Below the pieces are notes generated by a model that was not told the origin of the DNA, did not search any database, and saw only the letters and a program-made list of their open reading frames with translations. DNA of 64,000 nucleotides from a virus: IMG/VR virus record IMGVR_UViG_3300043775_001610, positions 32,001 to 96,000 of that record; one strand, written 5' to 3'. Below, piece by piece: positions 20,801 through 29,578 of this stretch; position 1 is the first letter of the stretch; each line of letters starts with the position of its first letter. The translations under genes and the position numbers were made by a program.

Positions 20801-23800
20801 GCAACAGCAGGATTTAAAATTTATAAGGCAATTCAAGATGACTGGCAAGATGCCAGAATGGGTCTTTCAATGACTGCAAAAGCTGCAGAACAGGCAGGAG
20901 TGAAATACTTTAACTTGCAAGAAACAATGCAAGGCTATCTAGATAAGCAAAAAGCTGTAGCAGTTGCAGCTAAAGCATCACAATTTAATTCAATAGGAAT
21001 GCCTGGACTTCCTAAATCTGTAGAAGATGTAAAAAAGGCTAAAGAAGAAGGAAAGGCCTTAAAAGAAGTTATTGAGTCTATTAATAGATCAACTAGTACA
21101 GAAGAAACAAAGAGACTTCTATCAACTCAAAAGGCTCAATATATTGCAGGCGGAATGAGTGTTGAAGAAGCAAACAGAAAGCTATATGGGGCATTGCTTA
21201 ATAGTAATAAGGCTATGCAGGCATATGACATTCTAGGAAACAGTGCATTTGGAAAAATTGTAGACAAAGCAACGGCTGCAGAGTATGCTGTTGGAAACTT
21301 GATAAACACATTAAACAAAGGCTCAGGAACAGCTGATTGGTATAAAGAGGTTGCTGTAGGATTTGAAGGATTGATAAATACTTTCCAGGCAGCAACATCA
21401 AGCTTAATTGGAACAAAAGATGCAATGGGAAATGTTATAGATGATTATAAGGCTTATGACATGGTCATGTCTAGTTCAGAAAAAATGTATCCAGGGTTTA
21501 CTGCCCCAATTGGTGAAGAGGCATATGATAACCTTAGCAAGACAAACAAGCTGTTGGCTGGAATTGTAACTAAATCAGATAGCGTAAAAAGTATATTAGC
21601 AAAATGGAGTTTATTTACATCTGGAGTTAGTTATGATTTAAGTAAGATTGGTCCAGAGTTGGCAATTCAGTTAGCTGGATTTTCTGAAGCAGTTGGATCA
21701 GGAATTACTCAATTAACTAAGGCAGGTGGAGACGCTACTACTTTTGGAAAAGTTGGGTCTGCTTTAGAAAAATTGAAAAAGCAAGTAAATGCTGTTAGCG
21801 CCGCTTCTCAAAGGGCTGCAGCTGCAGCTCAAAGAAGCGCACAAGAAGAATTAAAGCTGCTTGATAAAAAACTTAAAGCTATTGATGATGAAAAAAATAA
21901 AAAACTAGAATCTTTAAGAGCAACTCAAGAGGCATCAAATTACGCATTAGAGTTACAGAAACTTCAGATTGAGTATGCTGATGCTGTTTCTCGTGGAGAT
22001 ATGGCAGCAGCAAATCGTGCCCAATTAGAAATAGACCAGCTTACTTTAAACAGACAGTCAGAACTTGCTCAAAAAGCAATTGAAGATGCAGCAAATAGGG
22101 CAAAAGCTCCTATAGAAAAATCTAAAAATGCTATACAAGATAAAGCTGACAGAGATAATAACGCTAATCAAAATGCTACAGATAATGCAGCACAAGCGGC
22201 AGAAGTTTCTGAAAAGCTAGTTGGCTTCCAGCAATCATATAATGAGTTAATTGAGCGTGGAATAAAGGCAAAGCTTATGCCAGACCCAGAAAGAATAAGA
22301 GAAGAAAAGAAAGTGCAGGAAGGTCTCCTTGCACTAGCCAAAGAACTTCAGACAGCTGGAACTGGAAACACAGCACTTGCTAAAGCAGTTCGTGAAGGAT
22401 TCCAAAAATTAAAACTATTTGATAAAGATGGAAATCCTGTAAGCCTTACAACAAAAGCGCCAGCAACAACTGGATCTGGAATGCCAAAAATTGGTCCAGA
22501 TGGAAAAGTTGTAACTCCATCTCCAATAATAAACCCAGATCTTCTTAAGCAATTTAGTAAAGATATGTTGGCAGTATCTGATATTGCAGAAAAAATAACT
22601 GGTGGTAAAACTAACTTAGATAGACTTAGAGTAGATTTGCTTCAAGCTTTAGGAGTTAATCCAGACAAATTATCAAAGACTGGTGTTGCTGGAAAAACTA
22701 CTGGAACAGGTTTGCCAGGAGATCCTAAAAAATATTTTGATTCATCTGGCAGAGAGATATCAGAAAAAGAATATAAGAGTCTACCAGTAGGAGCACCTAA
22801 AGGCGCAAATGGTGTATCTGGAGAAACTTATATAGTCCCTATAAAAGGTCTAAGCAATAGAGAGTTTACAGGATATCCCGATGTTAGCTTAAAATTTGCT
22901 AAAGCAAATGGTGGCAAACTTACTTTCCAGGATACAAACGGATACATTTACTATTCAAATGGTAAAGTTACGAAGGATGGAAAAACAGTTGGCGCATGGC
23001 TTGCTGCTCTACCAGGTGGAAACGGAAGATTAAAGTCTTACCATGAAGGCGGAAAAGTATTTGGCGAAGGAACTGCAACATCAGATTCTATTCCAGCAAT
23101 GCTTTCGGATGGAGAATATGTATTTAGTGCAAAGGCTGTAGACGCTGCTGGCGGACCAGATGTTGTTGACAACTGGCACAAAGCACTTAGAAGAGCAGAT
23201 GGCGGACCAATTTATCCTTTAGGTAAAAAACCAAAGTCTGCATACAACTCTAAGAATCAACCTACTGGAAGTCCTTACGGAAGATACTGGGGAGAATTAG
23301 AAAGACTATATCAAAGCTCACCAATCGGTTTTGATAAAAATGGAAAGCCTATATTTAATAATGCTGGAAAAGATCCATGGGGCGGAGTAGAGATACCAGG
23401 ACTTCCATTTAGTGGCAAGGTAGGACAATTCTCAGATTACTGGCATCAGCTAGCAGAGCAACCAAGAAAGTATAGCGGTCCTGGAATGGGTCTTGACAAG
23501 GATCCAATGCGTTACGCAGGCTCTGGAGCTTCTATGGGAGGCATTGGAAACGGTGCTTACGGAGTTGGTCCACTTATGTTCCACGCAGGTGGGGCAGTCG
23601 GTCATAAGCATGATGTAAATCCAATTACAAAGGCATTTAGGTTCTTTAAGAATGCAATGAATAATGGAACAAATCCAGCATCATCAATGATTATGGATAT
23701 TATAAATCAGGCAGGGTACTTAGGGCAAACTGGCCTAAGCAGCCTGACAAAGGGCATAGTTCCTAAGCCTACTAAAGTCCAAGATAAGGATTTCCAAGAG

Positions 23801-25357
23801 TTTACAGGAATACCTTCAATATATAGATCTGTCACTAATAAAACAGATGAGGGCCCAGTTGGACAAGTTGATCCTACTGCTGGAAAGATTGTAGATTACG
23901 CTGGGGCATTAACATTTTTAACTCCGTGGCGTTCATCTAGTCGTATGGCTGCAAATGCCGCAGCTTCTGCAGCACTACCAGCAGCTCCACCATTATCACC
24001 AATCGAAATGTTCAGAGGACAGTTTGATAGTTTTGATGTAAGTGGGTTACCAAAAGGCACTATGAGCACAGGACCAAGAGTAAAACCTTGGGAATATGAA
24101 ACATACAAAAAAATACTTGCAAGACATTATTTAGCGAAAAAACCAGACCCAAGAACATTGACTCAACACGAAGTCGCAGTTCTTGCACACCAGAAGGTTC
24201 CTGGCTTTGAAGGGTTAAGGGTTCATGACGAATACACTGCAGAGTCAATTGCCGACAGCTTAAAGTTAAGAGCTACCTTTAATTACACTTCTCCATTGAC
24301 GAAATCGGTATCCACAGTAGAAGAGCTTTTAAGCAAGTCTTTATTTCATGGTGGAAACCTACCAACGGTAGATGGAAAAATTGATTTAAAAAATAGAACT
24401 GGATTAAACAGCTGGTACGGCGGTCAGATGTTTGCCGCAGAAGATTACAAGCAGGCCTTAGCATACCTTATGAGATCTCCAGAGAATACAGTCTATTCTG
24501 TTACATCTGCATTAAAGAAAGAAGATGTAATAGACCTTAGACATAATGCAAACACGCTAGCTTCACAGCAGCCTTATGTATTTGCAAAATTACTAAGAGA
24601 CATAGAGTCTGGTAAAATTGCACTTCAAGACCATCAGTCAAAGGACTATGTTATACAAATGTTGATAGGTCAAGAGGGTGGAAGATATCCACGTGCTGCA
24701 GGCTCTGGAGCACTTAGAGATAGAATTTTCCAAAGATACTTCCAAGACATTTCTCCATGGTTAGCAGAAAACGGAATAAAGGCAATTATTCATAGAAATG
24801 GAACAAGAGTTGCTATCCCAGAAATAGGAAAATCCGTAGCAGATAACCCAACTAAGGTGCAAGATTTTAGCGAGCTAGGTACCGATGCAATAGCCTACAC
24901 CACGGTAGAAAATTCAATTGCACAAATACAAAAGCATACTATAACTGGCCAAATGGTTAAGGATCTTATTGAAAAAATGGGCAAGGGACAACTACCCTCC
25001 TCACTTGAGTCACAAATACTTGCAATGCTTAGAAATCCTACATTAGTACCTCATAAAGCATTAGGTGGATTAATTAAATCAACAGGAATGAGACTACCTA
25101 AATTTGAGGCGGGAATCAATATGGTTCCACAAGACATGCTAGCGTTAATTCATAAAAATGAAGCTGTGATCCCAGCCAATATGAATCCATTTAATCCAAA
25201 TGCTAAATCTTCAGCAGTAGCATCAGGATCAGTATATAATATTAATGTAGAGCTAAATGGAACTACAGTAACAGCAAAAGACGTTGCAATGGAAATACAT
25301 AGAGAAATGAGAATTAAAGAAATGGCATCTGGAGTAAATAGAAAGGTTGGTGGGTGA
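14813..25357 (+). CDS. Tape measure protein (3514 aa) with inserted enzyme-like modules
   Basis: Position; TP901-type N-terminal core; hydrophobic segments; TSDSIPAMLSDGEYV motif. Confidence 0.9.
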   Translation: MADEQIVTSIVAKADLSSLVSEVHRASASLQQLQRELLSSNRAIAASTKLANNLFRDTLTGSGQYSSHFVNLNSDVDKFGKNLDAGRLKLKNYFSTFREHATTQKGMIRELAKEQVMLQNAVLQPLGRNAQGLMQYNVMIPRGLDAVRNSAQLARMEMQIMNRALSEGAGSLINWGKNTQWAGRQLTVGLTVPLTMFGAAAGKAFREADAELVRLTKVYGGLASTSAQDLKAIREEVVQTAKSLSQTMGASFKDTIALGADIAATGKMGNDLLESISETTRLSILGEVDRQDAMKATLSIQTAFKQNTEELTESINFLNAVENQTSTTLADLVEAIPKAGPVIQQLGGDVKDLALYLTAMREGGINASEGANALKSGLASLINPTKQTVGMMSDFGIDVMGMVAKNTGDTTGLLTDLQKALDSLDPLSKARAMEQMFGKFQFARMSALLNNLGKEGSQTLQVMELMKASTSDLAGIAERELGMITESASGKYRRAMESLKASLADIGEDFLPVATKLVNAAAKILDFFSNLPSPIKKAVTFLAGFTALVGPLIMLTGVLANFFGYITKGIVQLRAFFMKANGWKMLTPEIIAAQKAAEMVENAFYSDAAAAQVLHNALQKLVLDYQNLQAASMKNAVPVNPGVSTVGGAPVMVAGRRVVDPNDPYVGDVNTRAMSHINPRDPNNPATIFGGVPGAVPVNRGISRTPQVYMHDRLPNIEGLTSIKGISTGIVPGEAAKFHALMATLGMQTKQEVAELKKTIAMGGTVSRELLDTFDDILPITQRFADSAATQAAVIVQQMRNAEITVEQAKARILALNAQIEADMGTAVSMYAAGRGRTLDLTRAPMMDQPVVDANGQFTLRDLYKKKANASVMEEFGRLRGVRTFGAPYSIQTTRMPRFNTGGDVESFGPNKTMVSGPSSINYDDRLGEVPLGGYVLNQQASMDPANADLVAMAPSTYLNNGGSITAALTPREVVFGPQIQRMPELYAAVDAANSGYNFGGQIMAGITGYGKKTSNTPGSKMDERLFKKQYKEYLRFINNPRYEDDMRVRMIMLDAAELSYTAKMPMDQAIKTATSNFDSAKIQSGGSDEKFVKIRIKQVQDLEKKHKELKVKNARTADTSSSKALNYNLNKVRDAMLADKSFAAVHDLIKDVSPTTFKNRKGMPIIQGLHDRAHFRRRGTLGYMTSGYMGLAAVMPSGINNIMSRLETLGLSRDVLNLNAADARENFALALKKTGMDKFATVDDLYAAVMDDGKFKTKAQIESGNVVRANRKQRDSWSMFLRAAATRQKWIPGRPPRLVPAGYNLGGMIPGGAISRNRLNYGNIAPLLRLLTPSQQLKVLGHARAMSFTGRSPYPNTSYSHIISPSTGRSFPVPGVGGVYDDDQKNRVFFKAVPNEKSLVAETHGTAIGRILKVITPVQTRKTIPNPLDPTGKSKFLGAESPYDEGFINPNTSIPGKFSQDEVLDQLITSLIFGNKDLSRANVHGRRLADVGNGGVLAKASMNDDYAKTMPSMEEMAMINLLQVRGGARKDFAHDTAPIIAQMTPKQYGDAIREKMKAAYPELKKYILAIPKKERKPYLAMLERFETGMDVDWAKYHSMHANPKFNAGGPVGGGPVQRNRYAYGRKKDGSRRLGNPAARAAQERARAERSAAYNPSSGSSYTATGNPQMQVARVPFVGGTGVRGNAYTGVPTESMARTVGVMRLAQFPHMNMPTMPMNIPGIGNTSAITAAFASMGNSIKRDSMQLAKAIKFNAQYISMSTKESAMSIVNRTKSAANTVMTYTKAISSQVLASSKAQVSRLKSAGSRFYNSIVAEQNAYAATRYPVGQAPPQGFFGPGYVGKYKDLGEGLQSRKVGSLGFRRTEYLVNGVSMTAKQAKAEGVRIPQRANGMSVGAQMGIGMAGSMGGMALMQQEKVKVFGTEMSGMTAGMGLMAATSIIPMLPLAKMLAGIKAGAASAKAAIQGFSMTMKGLRAGIALLARFAKGFGPIGIAITIATAGFKIYKAIQDDWQDARMGLSMTAKAAEQAGVKYFNLQETMQGYLDKQKAVAVAAKASQFNSIGMPGLPKSVEDVKKAKEEGKALKEVIESINRSTSTEETKRLLSTQKAQYIAGGMSVEEANRKLYGALLNSNKAMQAYDILGNSAFGKIVDKATAAEYAVGNLINTLNKGSGTADWYKEVAVGFEGLINTFQAATSSLIGTKDAMGNVIDDYKAYDMVMSSSEKMYPGFTAPIGEEAYDNLSKTNKLLAGIVTKSDSVKSILAKWSLFTSGVSYDLSKIGPELAIQLAGFSEAVGSGITQLTKAGGDATTFGKVGSALEKLKKQVNAVSAASQRAAAAAQRSAQEELKLLDKKLKAIDDEKNKKLESLRATQEASNYALELQKLQIEYADAVSRGDMAAANRAQLEIDQLTLNRQSELAQKAIEDAANRAKAPIEKSKNAIQDKADRDNNANQNATDNAAQAAEVSEKLVGFQQSYNELIERGIKAKLMPDPERIREEKKVQEGLLALAKELQTAGTGNTALAKAVREGFQKLKLFDKDGNPVSLTTKAPATTGSGMPKIGPDGKVVTPSPIINPDLLKQFSKDMLAVSDIAEKITGGKTNLDRLRVDLLQALGVNPDKLSKTGVAGKTTGTGLPGDPKKYFDSSGREISEKEYKSLPVGAPKGANGVSGETYIVPIKGLSNREFTGYPDVSLKFAKANGGKLTFQDTNGYIYYSNGKVTKDGKTVGAWLAALPGGNGRLKSYHEGGKVFGEGTATSDSIPAMLSDGEYVFSAKAVDAAGGPDVVDNWHKALRRADGGPIYPLGKKPKSAYNSKNQPTGSPYGRYWGELERLYQSSPIGFDKNGKPIFNNAGKDPWGGVEIPGLPFSGKVGQFSDYWHQLAEQPRKYSGPGMGLDKDPMRYAGSGASMGGIGNGAYGVGPLMFHAGGAVGHKHDVNPITKAFRFFKNAMNNGTNPASSMIMDIINQAGYLGQTGLSSLTKGIVPKPTKVQDKDFQEFTGIPSIYRSVTNKTDEGPVGQVDPTAGKIVDYAGALTFLTPWRSSSRMAANAAASAALPAAPPLSPIEMFRGQFDSFDVSGLPKGTMSTGPRVKPWEYETYKKILARHYLAKKPDPRTLTQHEVAVLAHQKVPGFEGLRVHDEYTAESIADSLKLRATFNYTSPLTKSVSTVEELLSKSLFHGGNLPTVDGKIDLKNRTGLNSWYGGQMFAAEDYKQALAYLMRSPENTVYSVTSALKKEDVIDLRHNANTLASQQPYVFAKLLRDIESGKIALQDHQSKDYVIQMLIGQEGGRYPRAAGSGALRDRIFQRYFQDISPWLAENGIKAIIHRNGTRVAIPEIGKSVADNPTKVQDFSELGTDAIAYTTVENSIAQIQKHTITGQMVKDLIEKMGKGQLPSSLESQILAMLRNPTLVPHKALGGLIKSTGMRLPKFEAGINMVPQDMLALIHKNEAVIPANMNPFNPNAKSSAVASGSVYNINVELNGTTVTAKDVAMEIHREMRIKEMASGVNRKVGG

Positions 25358-25950
25358 TGAGTTTTCAAAATCTATCTAAAGGGTCAATATTATACATAGA
25401 AGCACCAGACCCATTTGCAATTGATTCAGCTACTAACACATTTGACTACAAAGGAGCAACAGTAACTGCTCCAGGAAACACATATGATGCTACAACTGCA
25501 ACTAGAAACGGCCTTGCATATGCTAATAAAACAACTACGACAAAGTTTAGGAGAGTTACTGAGCACAATAGAGGCCCACTGACATTAGATAACACTAGAA
25601 TTGAGCAGTCAGCCAGAATGTCAAATGGAACTATGAGAAAGTATTTTATTGCAGACAAGATAAGTGTTAGCGCTTCTTGGGACATGCTTCCTTCTTTTAG
25701 AAACGAAACAGTTGATGGTGGCTGGGGAGCGGAAGATATAAAGAATTTTTATGAAAGCGCAGCTGGTAGAGGAGCATTTAAAATAAAGCTTAACCCAACC
25801 GTTTTTTCAACAGATCTTATAGAGCAATCAGACGGAGCTCTTGCAGATGACTACACTTATACCGTAATGTTTACATCTGCTGATTTTACAGTTGCAAAAA
25901 GAGGACTTCAGACTTATTGGGATGTAAGTATAACTTTGGAGCAGGTATGA
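25354..25950 (+). CDS. Distal tail/minor tail protein
   Basis: Immediately after TMP; RMSNGTMRKY motif. Confidence 0.6.
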   Translation: MMSFQNLSKGSILYIEAPDPFAIDSATNTFDYKGATVTAPGNTYDATTATRNGLAYANKTTTTKFRRVTEHNRGPLTLDNTRIEQSARMSNGTMRKYFIADKISVSASWDMLPSFRNETVDGGWGAEDIKNFYESAAGRGAFKIKLNPTVFSTDLIEQSDGALADDYTYTVMFTSADFTVAKRGLQTYWDVSITLEQV

Positions 25951-28900
25951 TATCCGTAACAACCGCTACAAGCGATTTGCTTAAAAAGGGATATTCAGTT
26001 TCAACATCAGCTGGTGCTACAATTGAGTATAATTTAAACACAATGGTGGAATATATAACTGCAACATCTGATGCAATGGAAAACAACTATACAGTTGCTT
26101 TCCAAAAGTTGTTTCCAATAGACACAATATATAAACCATTCAGGCCTTTATCTGCAGGCATTAAATATTTAGTTCATACAACTGGATACACAGATACTCC
26201 AGTAGATTCTTTTGAAAATCCTAGAGATATACAAATGGGAACAAAACCAAGACTCTACTATCCTGGCCCAGACATGGTATACAAATATTGGCTTGCCCCT
26301 AAGAATGAAGACATTAATATATCATTGCAATATTTTTCCGATGAGGCAAAAACTACAGCCAAGCTAATACCTACAAATAAAATTATTGCTAGGTTTGAAA
26401 TTAATCACGATACCCCAACTTCTTGGACCATAACTGGAGTAAAGGAAGATAATACAGCTATACCTTTAGCAACTGGTCCTGGCTCTGCGATTAACATAAT
26501 AACTGGTGAAGTAGCAATATATTATAATGGATCAACATGGTCAACTGACTCATCAACAATAAATTATACTAGTTCTCAAAAATTAAAAAAGATATCTTTG
26601 TCTGCAGTAAATTCTAATAATGACAAGCTAATTGGTGTTATTGAGCTTAGCCCTAGGTGGGTACTTTCCCTTGATTCAGACGTTGTTTCATTTTTAGTTA
26701 ATAAAGAAACTACGTCAGATGATACATCTGTTGTTCCAGTAGGAGTAATAACAGCAAACTATTTAAACTTATCTATAATAAAACCACACTCTACATCTAA
26801 ATCAATTATTGAGTATGATAGGTTTTCTACTACAATAGATGACACTAAAATTTACTTGTTTAAAAATGCTATTATCAGACCTTATGTAAATATAGGCGAA
26901 GGCTCTTCAAGTCAAAAGGTTTACCAAGGCCTATTTTATATAAACTCTTGGAGCCTTTCAGAATTTGGAGAAGCTTCAATAGATGCTACAGACTCAGCAA
27001 AAATATTACAAGATACTTTATGCCCACAATTGCTAGTTGAAGACTCACCAGTAACTTCAATTATTAAAAGAATACTAGACTCAGTTGGATTTTCTACTTA
27101 TAAAATTAATTTAAAAAGAGGGCTTTTGAATAAAGTTGATGATAACTCAATACCATCACTAGCATATTGGTGGTCAGATGGAGATAAAACAGTTTGGGAC
27201 GTGCTGCAAGAATTATGCAGAGATATTCAAATGAACGCTGTAGTTGATGAGAATAACATTTTAAACTTCTATAGTAGAGATTTTATGTATGATAAGAATA
27301 GATCTTCTGTTTGGACATTTACTAGTGAAGATATAAAATCTGGAACAAATTTATTATACGCACCAAACATACAGTCTTTATCAACAAAAGAACTTTTTTC
27401 TGCAAATCAAGTTAGAGTAAGGTATGCAACAGCATTTACATCTACAAATAATGAATCATCTTCACCATTATGGAAATCAGATACATCGTTTCTAGGAGCT
27501 GGGGCGCTTGCAAAACCAATAACACTTTCTAGTACAGACTTCGAGCTTAATCCAAATACGGTAATTGGCGCCAGAACAGATAGAATCATGGATCAGTTCA
27601 ACGGATATGTTTTAATTAATGGAGAAATTATTGAATATGATGGAGTATATTATCAATATGTGCCAAAGGGAGAAGATGAATTTGCACCTCCAGTTCTAAT
27701 TAAAACTCAGTCAGATATATGGAAATATTCATCATTAGCAAAACCAGGATATGAATTTTTTAAGCCAATAAATAAATACAATATTAAAACAAGAGGAGCA
27801 TTGAAAACTTCTCCAGATACACATGATCCAGCGCCAGATTCATATATAAATGAAAAACCACCTGCCACGCAATATCCAAACAAGTTTAACATGTTGGGTA
27901 TAACTTTGGCCACACCAGATACCGCTAAGTCTAAAAAAGAATCAGGAAATTATTATATTCCATCTGCACAAGAAGGAAGAAAGATTAAAAAGGGATTTTT
28001 GTCAATTCCTAATTTAGATAAAGACAAAAAAAGTTTTAGTATTGCTGTTAAAGAATTTAACTCAATTGACACATCTAAAAACTATTTTGCATTTGGAACA
28101 AGAATGTTTTTTGAAAGCCAGCTTAACACTATAGAGCAAGTAGGAGGAATAGGATTTTGTTTAAACTCTACTGGAACTAATGGATACTTTTTACTAGTAA
28201 GAACAACAGCATTTGCAGGATTACAGAAAAACATAATGATTGTAAGAGTTAATCAAAATGGAAAACTTACAGTTTTAAAAGATAGTCAGCAAATTTCTAC
28301 AAAAACAATGGGAGCAGTAGATCCTGGAGTAGAGTACGGAATCGACGTGTTTGTTAAAAAAACTAGCCCACTTAAAAATGAAATAACAGTTTTTATTAAT
28401 GGGTTTAAGATAACAGCAACCGATAGCGGATCAGATTCCCCAAGTACTTATATACCTCCAATAGCAATTACTAAAAATGTAGGACTTCACTGTGGTCAAG
28501 GAACTGCTTATTTTGAGTATGTTTATGCAGATGACATTACTGAAGAGGTATATGAAAAGAATAAAAGCCGTTCTGCTTATGAGCATAATGGTGTTTATTC
28601 AGACGATACCCTTTCAATGCTTTATGGAGATATCATTTATAATGATGGAGATACTAATTCGGATAATGCTGGACCAGTCTTTGAGTTTGGAACAACAGCT
28701 AGAGAAATTAAAAAAACAAAAATTTCATATGATGACAGGCCAGCAAAGCCTATTATGTTTAGAACATCTTTAAATAAATATGTAACTCTTTTAGACCAAA
28801 AATTGCAGCCATTTGGAGCAGAAGGATATGTTCTAAATAATAGCTCTGTAACAGTACCACTAGACGATAGCAACAACACAAGCTTTTACGTACTTGGAAA

Positions 28901-29231
28901 TTCAATTACTAGGTCTGGTTTTATAGATTACGATACAGATCAGTCAGAAGATTCTTCAAATAAAGAGCCAGTAATATTTCAATCAACCTGGATTCAATCA
29001 GAAGCAGACGCTAAAGCGCTAGCAGAATGGATAAAGGCAAGCGTATTGAACAAAGGAAGAGTTGTTGAGATGAGCGTGTTTGGCAATCCTTTAATATCTG
29101 CTGGAGATATGGTTAGCATAAGCTACCCAATATTGGGCATGACAGAATTAAACAATAAATATATAGTCACAAAATGCACACTAGAATATAGGGAAGGATT
29201 AACTACCTCAATTTCGTGTAGAGCAATCTAA
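25947..29231 (+). CDS. Baseplate hub/minor tail protein
   Basis: Synteny; VWDVLQEL and C-terminal GNPLISAGD tail-tip motifs. Confidence 0.65.
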   Translation: MISVTTATSDLLKKGYSVSTSAGATIEYNLNTMVEYITATSDAMENNYTVAFQKLFPIDTIYKPFRPLSAGIKYLVHTTGYTDTPVDSFENPRDIQMGTKPRLYYPGPDMVYKYWLAPKNEDINISLQYFSDEAKTTAKLIPTNKIIARFEINHDTPTSWTITGVKEDNTAIPLATGPGSAINIITGEVAIYYNGSTWSTDSSTINYTSSQKLKKISLSAVNSNNDKLIGVIELSPRWVLSLDSDVVSFLVNKETTSDDTSVVPVGVITANYLNLSIIKPHSTSKSIIEYDRFSTTIDDTKIYLFKNAIIRPYVNIGEGSSSQKVYQGLFYINSWSLSEFGEASIDATDSAKILQDTLCPQLLVEDSPVTSIIKRILDSVGFSTYKINLKRGLLNKVDDNSIPSLAYWWSDGDKTVWDVLQELCRDIQMNAVVDENNILNFYSRDFMYDKNRSSVWTFTSEDIKSGTNLLYAPNIQSLSTKELFSANQVRVRYATAFTSTNNESSSPLWKSDTSFLGAGALAKPITLSSTDFELNPNTVIGARTDRIMDQFNGYVLINGEIIEYDGVYYQYVPKGEDEFAPPVLIKTQSDIWKYSSLAKPGYEFFKPINKYNIKTRGALKTSPDTHDPAPDSYINEKPPATQYPNKFNMLGITLATPDTAKSKKESGNYYIPSAQEGRKIKKGFLSIPNLDKDKKSFSIAVKEFNSIDTSKNYFAFGTRMFFESQLNTIEQVGGIGFCLNSTGTNGYFLLVRTTAFAGLQKNIMIVRVNQNGKLTVLKDSQQISTKTMGAVDPGVEYGIDVFVKKTSPLKNEITVFINGFKITATDSGSDSPSTYIPPIAITKNVGLHCGQGTAYFEYVYADDITEEVYEKNKSRSAYEHNGVYSDDTLSMLYGDIIYNDGDTNSDNAGPVFEFGTTAREIKKTKISYDDRPAKPIMFRTSLNKYVTLLDQKLQPFGAEGYVLNNSSVTVPLDDSNNTSFYVLGNSITRSGFIDYDTDQSEDSSNKEPVIFQSTWIQSEADAKALAEWIKASVLNKGRVVEMSVFGNPLISAGDMVSISYPILGMTELNNKYIVTKCTLEYREGLTTSISCRAI

Positions 29232-29254
29232 TAGCGTAATGGTATAATAAATAA

Positions 29255-29578
29255 ATGGGAATTCAATCAGGAAAGATATCCGTAATATATGACGATGATC
29301 CACGCCTAGCCGATGTTTGGAAGGGTAATATTGGAGACACTAAATCTGTTGGAGAGTCAGATGGCTTTGGCGGAGGCGGGGGCGGAGATGATGGCCCAGG
29401 AGGCCCAGAAAGACCACAACTCAGCGATATAATTTTTAAAGGGTTTCTTCCTTATAGCGACTCTTCTAATGTACAAAGAATAAAAGCAAAATTTAGAATT
29501 TACAATTCAAGCAAAGAAGAGATAGATGGGTTCGCTCTTGCACTAACTAAGCCAGACACACAGGGAGGAAGACCGTGA
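29255..29578 (+). CDS. Small tail protein
   Basis: ORF with Gly linker; TGGTATAAT 6 nt upstream. Confidence 0.5.
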   Translation: MGIQSGKISVIYDDDPRLADVWKGNIGDTKSVGESDGFGGGGGGDDGPGGPERPQLSDIIFKGFLPYSDSSNVQRIKAKFRIYNSSKEEIDGFALALTKPDTQGGRP

